A stretch of 64,000 bases of DNA from Octopus vulgaris (GCA_951406725.2 OX597837.1:23374001-23438000); one strand, 5' to 3'; shown: positions 38,896 to 51,995, numbered from the stretch's first letter. Made by a program: numbers and translations. The notes: generated from the letters alone by a model not told the origin.

Positions 38896-39470
38896 TATTT
38901 CTTTATTGCCCACAGGGGGCTAAACATAGAGGGGACGAACAAGGGCAGACAAGAGGTCTATGTTAATTACATCGACCCCAGTGATTTACTGGTACTTATT
39001 TAATCGACCCCAAAAGGATGAAAGGAAAAGTCGACCTCGGCGGAATTTGAACTCAGAACGTAACAGCAGACGAAATACCTATTTCTTTACTACCCACAAG
39101 GGGCTAAACATAGAGGGAACGAACAAGGACAGACAAGAGGTCTATGTCAATTATATCGACCCCAGTGATTTACTGGTACTTATTTAATTGACCCCGAAAG
39201 GATGAAAGGCAAAGTCGACCTCGGTGGAATTTGAACTGCGAACGTAACAGCAGACAAAATACCTATTTCTTTACTACCCACAAGGGGTTAAACATAGTGA
39301 GGACAAACAAGGACAGACAAGAGGTTTACATCGATTATATCAACCCCAGTGATTTACTGGTACTTATTTAATCGACCCCGAAAGGATGAAAGGTAAAGTC
39401 GACCTCAGCGGAATTTGAACTCAGAACGTAACAGCAGACAAAACACCACTAGGCAGTTAGCACAGTGAGA
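38896..39470 (-). mobile_element. Head-to-tail trimer of SINE B (184-bp period)
   Basis: Units start at 38896, 39080 and 39264; 17-bp TSD ctgatggaataattatt at 38879-38895 and 39471-39487. Confidence 0.9.
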
Positions 39471-39767
39471 CTGATGGAATAATTATTAAGTGAATGTGGC
39501 ACTTGGGTAAGATGTTTGCTTCCCAAACACATGGTTCTGGGTTCAATCTCACTGTCATGCCTTGGGCTGACTACTATAATCTTGGCTGATTGAAGCTTTG
39601 TGAGTTGATTTAGCTGACAGAAACTGAAAGAAGCCCATCATATGTATACATATGAGTGTGTGTGTGTGTGTGTTTGTGCATGCGCATGTGTGTCTTTATG
39701 TTTGTTTGTCCCCCACCACCACCTGACAACCAGTGTTAGTTTGTTAACATCCCTATAACATTAGTGG

Positions 39768-40148
39768 AGGCGCCAATGGCCCAGTGGTTAGGGCAGCGGA
39801 CTGGCGGTCGTAGGATCGCGGTTTCGATTCCCAGACCAGGCGTTGTGAGTGTTTATTGAGCGAAAACACCTAAAGCTCCACGAGGCTCCGGCAGGGATGG
39901 TGGTGATCCCTGCTGTACTCTTTCACCACAACTTTCTCTCAATCTTACTTCCTGTTTCTGTTATACCTGTATTTGAAAGGGCCGGCCTTGTCACTCTCTG
40001 TGTCACGCTGAATATTCCTGAGAACTGCGTTAAGGGTATACGTGTCTGAGGAGTGCTCAGCCACTTACACGTTAATTTCACGAGCAGGCTGTTCCGTTGA
40101 TCGGATCAAACGGAATCCTCGTCGTCGTAACCGACGGAGTGCTTCCAC
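39768..40148 (+). mobile_element. SINE C (tail 1) nested in an older SINE A-type copy
   Basis: TSD ataacat(t/c)agtgg at 39755-39767 and 40149-40161; near copy at 61474-61846 (-). Confidence 0.88.
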
Positions 40149-40686
40149 ATAACATCAGTGGTTCAGCAGAGAGAGACTGATAGAATAAGTACCAAACTTA
40201 TTCTGGGGTCAGTTTGTTCGACTAAACCTTTCAAAGCAGTGCTCCAGCATGGCTGCAATCCAATGACTGAAACAACTCATACAAAAATAGTAGATTTGGT
40301 GTGTTTAAAGATGACTAAAATGGTTCTTCCATAATGTAACTTCAGTAATATTTTGAACTCAAAGAAATCAGAGAATTTTATGATTAAGTTTCTATTGTCC
40401 AGTTCACCGTTAATGAAAAGTTTATTTTGCTTTTCTAATTAATGTTTTGTCGTCTTAATTATGTACTATTGTTGTCACTTTCTTTAAAATCGTCTTGAAT
40501 AATTAGTTTGCCCAGCATTGTCGACAATGACCAAGAACATTACAAAGAAGAAGAAGAAGAAGACAGGGAACGGTGTGTCTGACTGTGACCAAGCTGTCTG
40601 AAGCATGCTTGGAAGGCTCTTCCACATGTTTGAACACAGGAGATCTGTTGGGACTGAAGGCAAGGAATCAACTGTAGTTTTGTGTA

Positions 40687-41209
40687 CCGTAATTCTTCGA
40701 GTATACTCCACCCTTGAGTATAATATGCAGGGGATTTTTAGGGAGCTGTACTTCTGAAAAACCTAAACCTTGTGTATAATACACACCCCTTCTCTAACTT
40801 GAGTTGTGCGTAATTAAGCCAGCAGCACCTAGTCAAACAAACACTTCCACGCATGCATAATACAATAATGGTGGTGTTCTTAACTGTTATATGGGAATGT
40901 AAATATGTTTGCAAATTGTTTTTGTTATATGTTATTCTGTGTTCTGAATACTTTTATTTTAATAAATGTTGCTTACTGCAAGTTATGGATGATTCTTTTA
41001 TGACTTCATTGCTTTCAGGCTTAGCTTAAGGTATTTTCGCACCTGATATCACAAAATGCATCTGAATAAACATGGCCGAACAGCAAATAGAGACTTGGAC
41101 ATTGCTTAGAAAATATTTTTCATTTTTAACCTCGTATATAGTACGCACTAGGGATTTTGACCTTTAAATTTTGGGAAAAAAAGTGTGGATTATACTCGAG
41201 GATTTACGG
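40687..41209. mobile_element. pogo/Tigger-type MITE
   Basis: TA|ccgtaattcttcgagtata ... tatactcgaggatttacgg|TA. Confidence 0.8.
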
Positions 41210-41454
41210 TACTTCACATTTTCTTTGTACTTCTGCAATCCTGTTCTCTTTATAGGGGGCACCTCTAGTGGAGGTGTATAGCTTAGTGGTTAGGGTGTTG
41301 GACTCATGATTGTATGATTGTGGTTTTGATTCCTGGACAGGCAAAAATAAGTAATCCTACAATGGGCCAATGTCCCATCCTGGTGAAGAATCTATGTCAT
41401 GGAAATTGGGAAACAAGCCCTTATGGGTCAGCATGACTTGAAAAGGTAAGTGGT

Positions 41455-41816
41455 ACCTCTTGGTGCAGCTTCACTTGGCAGGGTGGTCTTGTGCTTGCAT
41501 TTCCCAGGTGTTGGAGTTGATCTCAAAAGTTCTTCAGTAAAGCTTTGGCTGTACCATTGACATGCTCTTTCTGTCCACCTTGTGTGCACTTGCCTTCCAC
41601 CAGTTCACGTGTCAGGCATTCGAACAAGGCAGCCTGTCCACCTGACTTGCTCTGTCCTCAGCAGAATGTAAATGCAGATATGAAGGTTTTCGAGAGAGAA
41701 CCTTCATATCTGAGACCTTGTCTTGCCAAGTGATTTACAACAGCTTTCTCAGTCAATTCCTGTGGAAGCAGTTTAGCTTTTTGCTGAGGCATTCATAAAC
41801 AATCCATGTCTCATAA
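41455..41816 (-). mobile_element. RTE-clade LINE fragment (post-RT region)
   Basis: YETWIVY..KKLNCFH..LRKLL*ITWQDKVSDMKVL..QVRWTGCLVRMPD, with frameshifts. Confidence 0.75.
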
Positions 41817-41823
41817 GCAAACA

Positions 41824-41842
41824 ATCATCATCATCATCATCG

Positions 41843-41924
<82 letters not shown>

Positions 41925-42812
41925 TATCATTATCATCTTCATCATCATCATCATCATCATCATACACCCTGAATATGGTACTGATGAGCATCAATGCTCT
42001 TACTCATCCATTTTGTGTGAGAGAGACAATTGTAATGTCTATAAAGAGTTAAGAAGGATTCAGTTTACTTTGGGTTCCATAGCAGTATAAGACATCTTAG
42101 GCAAGTCTCTTCTATTACAGCCACAGGGTTACTAAGACCTCTTTGGGCAGAGGTAAGTGTATTCTGCTATAACCAGGGTGACCAAGGCTTTCTGAGTGGA
42201 CCTTGGGTAAGTGTCTCCTTCTAAAGCCTCAGAATAAGAATCCTCAGCATCATCGTCATCATCATCATTATCATCATCATCATTATCATCATCATCCTCT
42301 TCCTCCTCTTCATCATCATCATCCTCATCATCATAAGAAGAAGAAGAAGAAAAAGGAGGAGAAGAAAAAGGAGGAGGAGGAGAAGAAGGAGAAGGAGAGG
42401 AGAAAGATGATGATGATGATGATGATGATGATGAAGAGGATGATAATGATGATGATGGAGAGGAAGATGATGATGATGATGATGAAGAGGATGATGATGA
42501 TGATGATGATGGAGAGGAAGATGATGATGATGATGATGAAGAGGAAGAAGATGAGGAGGAAGAGGCGAAAGAAGAGGAAGGTGGGGTGGGAGAAAAGAGG
42601 AGGAAAAGAAAGAGGAGGAGGAAGAGGAACACGAGAAAGAAGAGGAACGTGAGAAGGGAGAAGAAGAGGAAAAGAAGGAGGAGGAAGAGGAGAAGAAAAA
42701 GGAGGAAGAACAAGAAGAGGAGGAGCAGGAGAAAAAGATGGAGGAGAGGAGGAGGAGGAGGAAGAAGAAGAAGAAGAAGAAGAAGAAGAAGAAGAAGAAG
42801 AAGAAGAAGAAG
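41824..42812. repeat. (CAT)n/(GAT)n/(GAA)n/(GAG)n low-complexity block
   Basis: Seen directly; explains the S/D/K/R-rich ORFs. Confidence 0.9.
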
Positions 42813-43220
42813 AATCCTGGAAGTTACAGTAGAAGAGACATGCTGAAGGCGCAGCAGAATGGAACTGAACCCAAATCCTTATGGTCGTGCAGTGAACTTC
42901 TTAACTACCAGGCCCATGCCTGCATCCATTATAAAGTGTTCAATAAACAGAAAGAAGGATTTTCATGGAAGCAGTGTGTGAAGGAAATTGCTTAAGACAA
43001 GGAATGAAATAAGTGAAAAGATTTTGACATGTTGTTGTTTACGAAATGATTACTCCATACACATGTGTATGATGGGAATTGATCAATCAGGCATTTCTTG
43101 ATTGATTGATTGATTGATTGACTGATTGATTATGCACTGCTGACTGGAATCATCTGGAACTGATAATAAATCTCTTCTCTGCATGGGGAAAGGATACCGG
43201 GCGGGGGCAGGGGGGGTTGA

Positions 43221-43565
43221 GGGGAGGTAAGGAAGAGGAGAGAAAGAGGGAGGGAGGGAGGGAGGGGAGAGGGAAGGTAAAGAAGAGAGAGATGGAGGAT
43301 AAGGCTTGGAGAGGAAGAGGTGTGGGAGAGGAAGAGAAAGTGAGGGGAGGGTGGTGATTTCAAGCAAAACTACGAGGGCGACAACCACAGCTATATGAAA
43401 AGGGGGAGGTAGGAAGAGGAGAGAAAGAGGGAGGGAGGGAGGGGAGAGGGAAGGTAAAGAAGAGAGATGGAGGATAAGGCTTGGAGAGGAAGAGGTGAGG
43501 GAGAGGAAAGTGAGGGGAGGGTGGTGATTTCAAGCAAAGCTACGAGGACAACAACCACAGCTATA
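43221..43565. repeat. Tandem duplication of a ~170-bp purine-rich unit
   Basis: 43221-43395 and 43403-43565, both ending acaaccacagctata. Confidence 0.85.
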
Positions 43566-43610
43566 CAGAAAAGCACCAATAGAAAACATTGGATTATGAA
43601 CAACAACAGC

Positions 43611-43674
<64 letters not shown>

Positions 43675-43741
43675 ATAGTAATAATTTCATCACAGATATA
43701 AACAGCAACAATTTCAACTAAACAGCAATAATCAGCAAAAC

Positions 43742-43775
<34 letters not shown>

Positions 43776-43793
43776 TATTATTATAATAATAAA

Positions 43794-44348
43794 TGCCCTG
43801 ATGCAGTACCAGGCAATGGCTCTCATGGCTTCTGATCTTAACTGATTGAAAGTGTTATCATGTACATTGTTTTGTCTTGGTATAAAAGATGGGCTACAGC
43901 AAATATTCTGCTCAATACCACAGATTTGCTTGTCAGTTGTTTGGCCTTAACCAGTTGAGCATGTCCCTTAGTGGCTGACGATATGTGCATCTCTGATCAT
44001 GAGCAGAAGTAGTGGGGGAGCATCATAGCCATGTGTTGAGAGGGATTCTTTGGGGTTTGAATAATTCACCTCTGGAAACATGGGTGGTTTTTTCAACATC
44101 CTTAAACAACCCTTATTCAGGGACCGTTTGAGCGGGATGGGCTACTCAACCTGAAGAAAATTCTAACTGGGCCCCACCTGCAAGGTCATGCGCTGTTTAT
44201 CTTGATATGATATCACCATGTCGTGCACATATGGTTGTGATGCATGTGCCTGGTGTACCCTTATCAGACGGGTAGTCATGATGGGTATATTGGGCTTCGT
44301 ATATTTTACCCCAGTGTCACTTTGATGGCATGAACTGCTCTCTCACTC
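43794..44348 (+). mobile_element. Full-length element D (~555 bp) in (AAT)n
   Basis: tgccctgatgcagtaccagg ... ctgctctctcactc(aat)n; strand assigned from the (AAT)n tail. Confidence 0.85.
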
Positions 44349-44404
<56 letters not shown>

Positions 44405-44444
44405 CAACAACAGTGATACCAAACACGACAGCAACAATAATAAT

Positions 44445-44661
44445 ACTGGTTTCAAATTTTGGTGCAAGGCCAGCAAGTTCAGAGTGGGGTGGCAAGTCAA
44501 TTACATTGATCCTAGTGGTCGGCTGGAACTTATTTCATTGACCCTGAAAGGAGGAAAGGCTAAGTTGACTTTGGATGAATTTGAACTCAGAATGTAAAAG
44601 ACAAACGAAATACCGCCATGCATTTTGCCTGGTGTGCTAACGATTCTACCAGCTCACTGCC
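44445..44661 (-). mobile_element. SINE B (tail 2)
   Basis: Matches family B. Confidence 0.75.
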
Positions 44662-44776
44662 CTAATGATAATAATAATAAGAAGAAGAAGAAGAAGAAGA
44701 AGGAGGAGAATAAAAAGAAGAAGAAGAAGAAGAAGAAAAATAATAATAATAATAATAATAATGATAATAATAATAA

Positions 44777-44817
<41 letters not shown>

Positions 44818-44819
44818 GC

Positions 44820-44851
<32 letters not shown>

Positions 44852-44855
44852 TAAT

Positions 44856-44896
<41 letters not shown>

Positions 44897-44940
44897 TAAT
44901 AATAATGATAGTAATAATAATAATAATAAAAATAATAATT

Positions 44941-44984
<44 letters not shown>

Positions 44985-45334
44985 TGATGATGATGATGAT
45001 TTGGCCACTTACATTCACCCTACAATATTATTCTTGGTCAAGACTCCACTTGTGTGGATGCTCTAACAACAATCATGTCATTGAAACTGCAAAGCAATAA
45101 AGTAATGCATGACTAATTCGTATCAATGTAAATAAATAAGCATTACAGTTGACAGAAATCTGAATGCTAAATGATTAAGCCTGGTCCTAATGGTCTCTCA
45201 TTTTTGCCAAACTGCTGATTTCTGGGTTTATGAATAAACCAGCTTCAGTTGTTGAACAGTAGTGGGGAACTAACACAAACACAAACATGGATATATATAC
45301 ATACATACATATATTCATACATACCTATATTCAT

Positions 45335-45756
45335 TTACTTGTTTCAGTCATTTTGACTGTGGCCATGCTGGAGCACCACCTTTAGTCGAGGAAATCGACT
45401 CCCAGGACTTATTCTTTGTAAGCCTAGTACTTAATCTATCGGTCTCTTTTGCCGAAACGCTAAGTTACGGGGACGTAAACACACCAGCATCGGTTGTCAA
45501 GCGATGTTGGTGGGGACAAACACAACACACAAACATACACATATATATATATACATATATATATATGTGTGTGTATATATATATACATATATACAACGGG
45601 CTTCTTTCAGTTTCTGTCTACCAAATCCACTCACAAGGCGTTGGTCGGCACGAGGCTATAGTAGAAGACACTTGCCTAAGGTGCCACGCAGTGGGACTGA
45701 ACCCGGAACCATGTGGTTCGTAAGCAAGCTACTTACCACACAGCCACTCCTATGCC
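45335..45756 (-). mobile_element. Full-length SINE A
   Basis: Matches family A. Confidence 0.9.
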
Positions 45757-45774
45757 TATATATATATATATATA

Positions 45775-46021
45775 TATTATATTATATTAAATTAGAGATA
45801 AAACCACTATTAGGCAAATCATACAATGAAAAACTTAAGTCAATACATAAGATTAATTAATTTATATTATTTTAAATATATATCAAAATTATTAAAAAAA
45901 GATAATTAGTATAATAGTGGTTTTATCTCCAATTTAATATAATATAATATTTTACTATAAAATTGGATTCAATCTTAAATCTGATTTTTCCCTGTAAGTT
46001 TGGATTTATTCCCTAATATTT

Positions 46022-46025
<4 letters not shown>
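45775..46025. mobile_element. (TA)n-flanked AT-rich element with 38-bp inverted repeat
   Basis: IR 45775-45812 / 45912-45949; 3' end tttttccctgtaagtttgga shared with 51901-51938. Confidence 0.55.
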
Positions 46026-46108
<83 letters not shown>

Positions 46109-46110
46109 CG

Positions 46111-46357
46111 TGTGACAATTATTCGGTAGCCATGATAAGATTCCGAGTTTCAGATGTTGGGCCGGAAACCCATGCTGCCATCTCTTCAGTTATCTGGCCA
46201 GAGATGGCGGTGAGGGTTTCCACCCCAACATCCGGAACTCAGAGTTTTAGCATGGCTTCCGAATAATTGTCACATATTATATTTACAGATAAATTCCTCT
46301 ATTTACATAATATCGAGGTCTCTTTCATTCTTTTGTTGTCTTACCATTTCTATCAAT
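46111..46357. mobile_element. Penelope-like inverted terminal repeat with intact HHR core on the minus arm
   Basis: Minus strand 46194-46134: gataa-CTGAAGA-GATG..CATC t-GAAA-ctcggaa-TC-ttatc; arms ~46111-46185 and 46200-46274. Confidence 0.7.
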
Positions 46358-46382
46358 ATATATATATATATATATATATATA

Positions 46383-46760
46383 GGTGCAGGAGTGGCTGTG
46401 TGGTAAGTAGCTTGCTTACCAACCACATGGGTTCCGGTATCAGTCCCACTGCATGGCACCTTGGGCAAGTGCCTTTTACTATAGCCTTAGGCTGACCACA
46501 GCCTTGTGAATGAATTTGGTAGATATAAACTGAAAGAAGCCCATCGTATATATATATATATGTGTGTGTGTATTTGTTCCCCCAACATCGCTTGACAACC
46601 GATGCTGGTGTGTTTACATCTCCGTAACTTAGTGGTTCAGCAAAAGAGACCGATAGAATAAGTACTAGGCTTACAAAGAATAAGTCCTGGGGTCAATTTG
46701 CTTGACTAAAGGCAGTGCTCCAGCATGGCTGCAGTCAAATGACTGAAGCAAGAAAAAGAG
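46383..46760 (+). mobile_element. Full-length SINE A
   Basis: Matches family A. Confidence 0.9.
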
Positions 46761-46799
<39 letters not shown>

Positions 46800-47093
46800 G
46801 TATATATACACATGAAGGGCTTTTTTCAGTTTCTGTTTACCTAAACCACTCACAAGGCTTTGACCAGCCCGGAGCTGTAGTAGAAGACACTTGCCTAAGT
46901 GGGACAGAACCCAGAGCTATGTGGTTGGGAAGCAAACTTCTTGCCACACAGCCACACCCATGACTATTAATGTCTTTATTCACACCTGGAAAGGATGTAT
47001 GGAAAAGATGGAGATCAAAGTTAATGTTACCTGTTATTCTTCTGCCATTGATGAAATATAAAAATGTAATTTTTCTGGCAGAATTGTTAGTAT

Positions 47094-47510
47094 AGGCACA
47101 GGAGTGGCTGTGTGGTAAGTAGCTTGCTAACCAACCACATGGTTCCGGGTTCAGTCCCACTGCGTGGCATCTTGGGCAAATGTCTTCTGCTATAGCCCCG
47201 GGCCGACCAATGCCATGTGAGTGGATTTGGTAGACGGAAACTGAAAGAAGCCTGTCGTATATATGTATATATATATATGTGTGTGTTTGTGTGTCTGTGT
47301 TTGTCCCCCTAGCATCGCTTGACAACCGATGCTGGTGTGTTTACGTCCCTGTCACTTAGCGGTTTGGCAAAAAAGAGACTGATAGAATAAGTACTGGGCT
47401 TACAAAGAATAAGTCCCGGGGTCGAGCTGCTCGATTAAAGGCGGTGCTCCAGCATGGCCGCAGTCAAATGACTGAAACAAGTAAAAGAGAAAAGAGAAAG
47501 AGAAAAGAGA
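47094..47510 (+). mobile_element. Full-length SINE A
   Basis: Matches family A; (AAAAGAG)n tail. Confidence 0.9.
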
Positions 47511-47544
47511 CTGGACAAAATATTGAGCAGTGTTTTGTTGTCAT

Positions 47545-47737
47545 GCTTAGCAGTATTTCATCTGCCGCTACACTCTGAGTTCAAATTCCGCCGAGGTCGA
47601 CTTTGCCTTTCATCCTTTTGGTGTCGATAAATTAAGTACCAGTTATGCACTGGAGTCGATATAATCGCCTTAATCCCTTTGTCTGTCCTTGTTTGTCCCC
47701 TCTATGTTTAGCCCCTTGTGGGAAATAAAGAAATAAG
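47545..47737 (+). mobile_element. SINE B (tail 1), 5'-truncated
   Basis: Matches 24979-25200. Confidence 0.85.
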
Positions 47738-48301
47738 AATTATTTCTTTCTCTTGTTGTGTCACTGGTATTTCTTTAATGACACCTAGCAATGAATTGAA
47801 TATAGTAAACCGGTGAGGTACCATAGTGTTCTAGTGCCAGACTGAATACCAGTGAATAACGGTAAAACATATAGTGCAACTCTTCACAAGCTGTGCTCAT
47901 CTCGCTCCCCACCTCCACTTCCCCTGCCTATCAGCCACCATTTATACCAACACAGCATCATACTGATAAATTCCAATTAAATCAGATGGAGAAAGTAGGA
48001 TATTATCACTGTTTCTTCTTATTGATTTCTCATGTTACAAGTTATTGCTACGTTAACTGTCTTCTGTTATGCATATTTGTGCTTGGTGCATTTGCTGCAA
48101 TTACAACCACGCTTCATTTGACAAGAGACGCAATCTTTAAAAACAAACATTTATCCGCGATTCCTTCATTTCGTTCTTCCGAACTAACTTCTTTTAATTG
48201 TTACTATTGTTCGACTAAACCGCAGTCTATTTCATCTCGTGATACATCTCTTACTGACACTGCTCACAGGAATATAAGATAAATATATATATATATATAT
48301 A

Positions 48302-48472
48302 GGTGCAGGAGTGGCTGTGTGGTAAGTAGCTTGCTAACCAACCACATGGTTCCGGGTTCAGTCCCACTATGTGGCATCTTGGGCAAGTGTCTTCTGCTAT
48401 AGCCCCGGACTGACTAATGCCTTGTGAGTGGATTTGGTAGACGGAAACTGAAAGAAGCCTGTCGTATATATG

Positions 48473-48505
<33 letters not shown>

Positions 48506-48730
48506 ATATGTTTGTGTGTCTGTATTTGTCCCACTAGCATTGCTTGACAACCGATGCTGGTATGTTTATGTCCCCCGTCACTTAGCGGTTCGGCAAAAGA
48601 GACCGATAGAATAAGTACTGTGCTTACAAAGAATAAGTCCCGGGGTCGATCTGCTCGACTAAAGGCGGTGCTCCAGCATGGCCACAGTCAAATGACTGAA
48701 ACAAGTAAAAGAGTAAAAGAGTAAAAAGAG
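48302..48730 (+). mobile_element. Full-length SINE A
   Basis: Matches family A. Confidence 0.9.
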
Positions 48731-49201
48731 ATATCATCGCTACCATTGTCATCATCATCATCATAATCCTCATCATCATATCATTTTCACATCCACTTTT
48801 CCATACTTGTATGGGTTGCATGGAGTTTATCAAGGCAGTTTTTCTACAGCTGGATGCCCTTCCTGTCACCAACCCTGACCACTTTCTAAGCAAGGTAATA
48901 TTTTTCCTATGGCCAGACATGGTCACATAGCATCTTAGAAATGAATGACACTGCTTGTATGACATTGACAATCGTTTTATGACTATCATATATTACAACT
49001 ACTATATAAGGTGCGTGAAGGTGCATGACTCAGTGGTTGGGGCATCGAGCTTACGATCGTGAGGTTGTGAGTTCGAATCCCGGACCGGACTGTGTGTTGT
49101 GTTCTTGAGCAAGACACTTTATTTCATGTTGCTTCAGTTCATTCAGCTGTAGAAATGAGTTGCAACCTTGCCTGGACTTGTGCCTTGGAGGGTAACTTTC
49201 T

Positions 49202-50177
49202 AAGTAATGATAGCCTTTGAGAAAGAGGGAAAAACCTCCTCGTCAAAACAAAACTCTGGAAAAAAAACGAAACTTTCAGACAGGGGCCATTGGACTCTTA
49301 CGTGAATTGCTAGAAAGGATCACAAAAGTACAGCTCCCCAAATTACTGCAGAGCTTAATGACCACCTTGAGAACCCAGTTTCCACAAAAACTGTTCACCG
49401 AGAGCTGCACAAAGCTGGATTTAACAGGAGGACTGCAATTAGAAAACCGCTACTTTCAAAAACAAACGTTGCAAAGCATTTAGAGTGGAGTAAAAACCTA
49501 CAGAATTGGTCCCTAGACCAGTGGAAGAATGTTATTATCTTGGACGAGTCATCCTTTACCTTATTTATGACCACCAGCTGAGTATGCATGTGGAGACAGC
49601 CAAAAGAAGCATTTGACCCAGACTGCCTTCTTCTAACTGTTAAACCTGGAGGAGGATCTGTGATGATCTGGGGGTGGGGCTATATCTTGGAAATCCACTG
49701 GCTCACTGGTTTCCCTTCATGGCAGAATTAATAGACAAGTCTATTCAAGCATTTTATCTGATAAAATTCATCCTATGGTTACAGAACTGTTTCTAGAGGG
49801 AAATGCAATCTTTCAGGGTGATAATGCAGCAATTCACATAGCTAAAGTTGCTACTGAATGGCATGAGGAACATTCTAGTGAAGTTGAACATCTTATCTGG
49901 CCACCACAGTCCCCAGATCTCAATATTATAGAACATTTATGGTGCATTTTAGAAAAACAAGTTAGGAGTCGATATCCTCCACCGTCATTACTACAAGAAC
50001 TGGGGACTGTTTTAGCTGAAGAATGAACAAAAATTCCTTTGGGAACAATTCAAGCTGTGTACGAGTCCATACCTCATAGAATTCAAGCTGTAATTACTGC
50101 CAAAGTCAGTCCTTCCCCATATTAAAATAAATTTGTTTGGAATTTTAAGGTGTTTCCATTATTTTGTCCAACCCCTG
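49202..50177 (+). mobile_element. Decayed Tc1-like transposon (DD36E spacing), 5'-truncated
   Basis: KPLLSKTN..WKNVIILDES..TVKPGGGSVMIWG..FQGDNAAIH..WPPQSPDLNIIEHLW; right TIR ..attttgtccaacccctg|TA. Confidence 0.9.
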
Positions 50178-50296
50178 TATATGTCTGTATTCCTGGGATG
50201 ATTGTGTACAGTCTATAGTATCCTTGGACATCAGATATTCAGACATCTCTTTCTTCAGGTGATATGGCATTATTGGGTGTTTAACTGAGGGTTGTT

Positions 50297-50337
<41 letters not shown>

Positions 50338-50339
<2 letters not shown>

Positions 50340-50770
50340 CACATGAGCGGCTGTGTGGTAAGTAGCTTGCTTACCAACCACATGCTTCTGGATTCAGTCC
50401 CACTGTGTGGCACTTTGGGCTAGTGTCTTCTACTATAGCCTCGGGCCGACCAAAGTCTTGTGAATGGATTTTATAGACGGAAAGTAACAGAAGCCTGTCG
50501 TATATATATATATATATATATATTTGTGTGTGTGTTTGCGTGTGTGTGTGCGTGTTTGTATTTGTGTGTGTGTGTGTTTGTCCATCTACCATTACATGAT
50601 AACCAATGTTGGTGTGTTTACGTCCCCATAACTCAGCAGTTCGGCAAAAGAGGGTGATAGAATAAGTTTTAGGCCAACAAATAATAAGTCCTGGGGTCGA
50701 TTTGTTCGACTAAAGGTGGTGCTGCTGCATGGCTACAGTCAAATGACTGGAGCATGTAAAAGCTAAAAGA
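50338..50770 (+). mobile_element. SINE A (older copy)
   Basis: Matches family A. Confidence 0.85.
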
Positions 50771-51934
50771 AAAAGTAAATGATTTATACAGACTGTTGAC
50801 TGGTTGATCAGAGATAAATGTGGCCTGGATCACATAAAAACTGATAAGACTCAATAAGGCTGAAATCAAGATAATTTGGTGTAAGAACTTCATTTTCAAA
50901 AACATCTTTTAGGGAAAACTAAATAAATCTTTTATCTTTTACTTGTTTCAGACGCTAGATGGTGGCTATGCTGGGGCACCACCTTGGATGTTTTTCTTTT
51001 TAGTCTAACAAAGCAACTCCAGTACTTTATTTTTAAAACCTGGTACTTATTGTATCAGTCTCTTTTTCTGAACCATTAAGTTACAGGTTATAAACAAACC
51101 AACACCAGTTGTCAAGTGATGGTAGGGGAGAAAGGCAAACATGCACACACACACACACACTCACACACACATATATGTTCTTTTATTCTTTTCTGTTACT
51201 TGTTTCAGTCATTTTACTTTGGCCATGCTGGAACACTACCTTGAAGGATTTTAGTTGAATAAATTGATCTTGGGAGTTTTCTTAAGCCTAGAACTTACTC
51301 TATCGATTTCTTTTGCCAAACTGTTAAGTTACAGGGATATAAATACACTGGTTGTCAAGTAGTGACAAACAGAGGCACAAAGACACGTGCACATATATGT
51401 TTATATATATCATAATCTTTCAGTTTCCATATGTCAAATCCACTCACAAGGTTTTAGTTGGCCTGAGGCTATAGTAAAAGACACTTGCTCAAGGTGCTAT
51501 GCAGCAGGACTGAACTCGGAACCATGTGGTTGGGAAGCAAGCATCTCACAACACAGCAACACCGGCACCTAATATATATGTATGTGTGTGTGTGTGTGGA
51601 GAGAGAGAGAGAGAGAGAGAGTGAGTTTATTTTGAAACAGTCTAGGGTGAAGAATGCTGAGGAAACTGCACCAGCCATGATATTATGTTGCATATCCAAC
51701 TGTGTGTAGTCGCTGCAGTTGAAACACGTGTAGGTCTGGAAAAATGCTGCAAATAACTGTTGAATGAAATAATGGATGTGAAAAATCTCCATTTTCTTTA
51801 TCATTATTAATGTTATGTTGAATTGCTACATGGTGGTTCTTCTCTAATTTATATACATGTATTATATATTGTGAAATTTGATTTAGTATTACTAAATTGA
51901 ATTTTTCCCTGTAAGTTTGGAATCATATTCCCTA

Positions 51935-51935
51935 A

Positions 51936-51995
<60 letters not shown>

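Noticed and set aside
39768-39842. tRNA-like heads of SINEs as functional tRNA genes
   Set aside because: No proper acceptor-stem closure, and they run directly into SINE bodies bounded by TSDs.
47893-48282. 129-aa ORF, or Cys-rich transposase tail on the opposite strand
   Set aside because: The resemblance is too weak and interrupted by stops to support a call.
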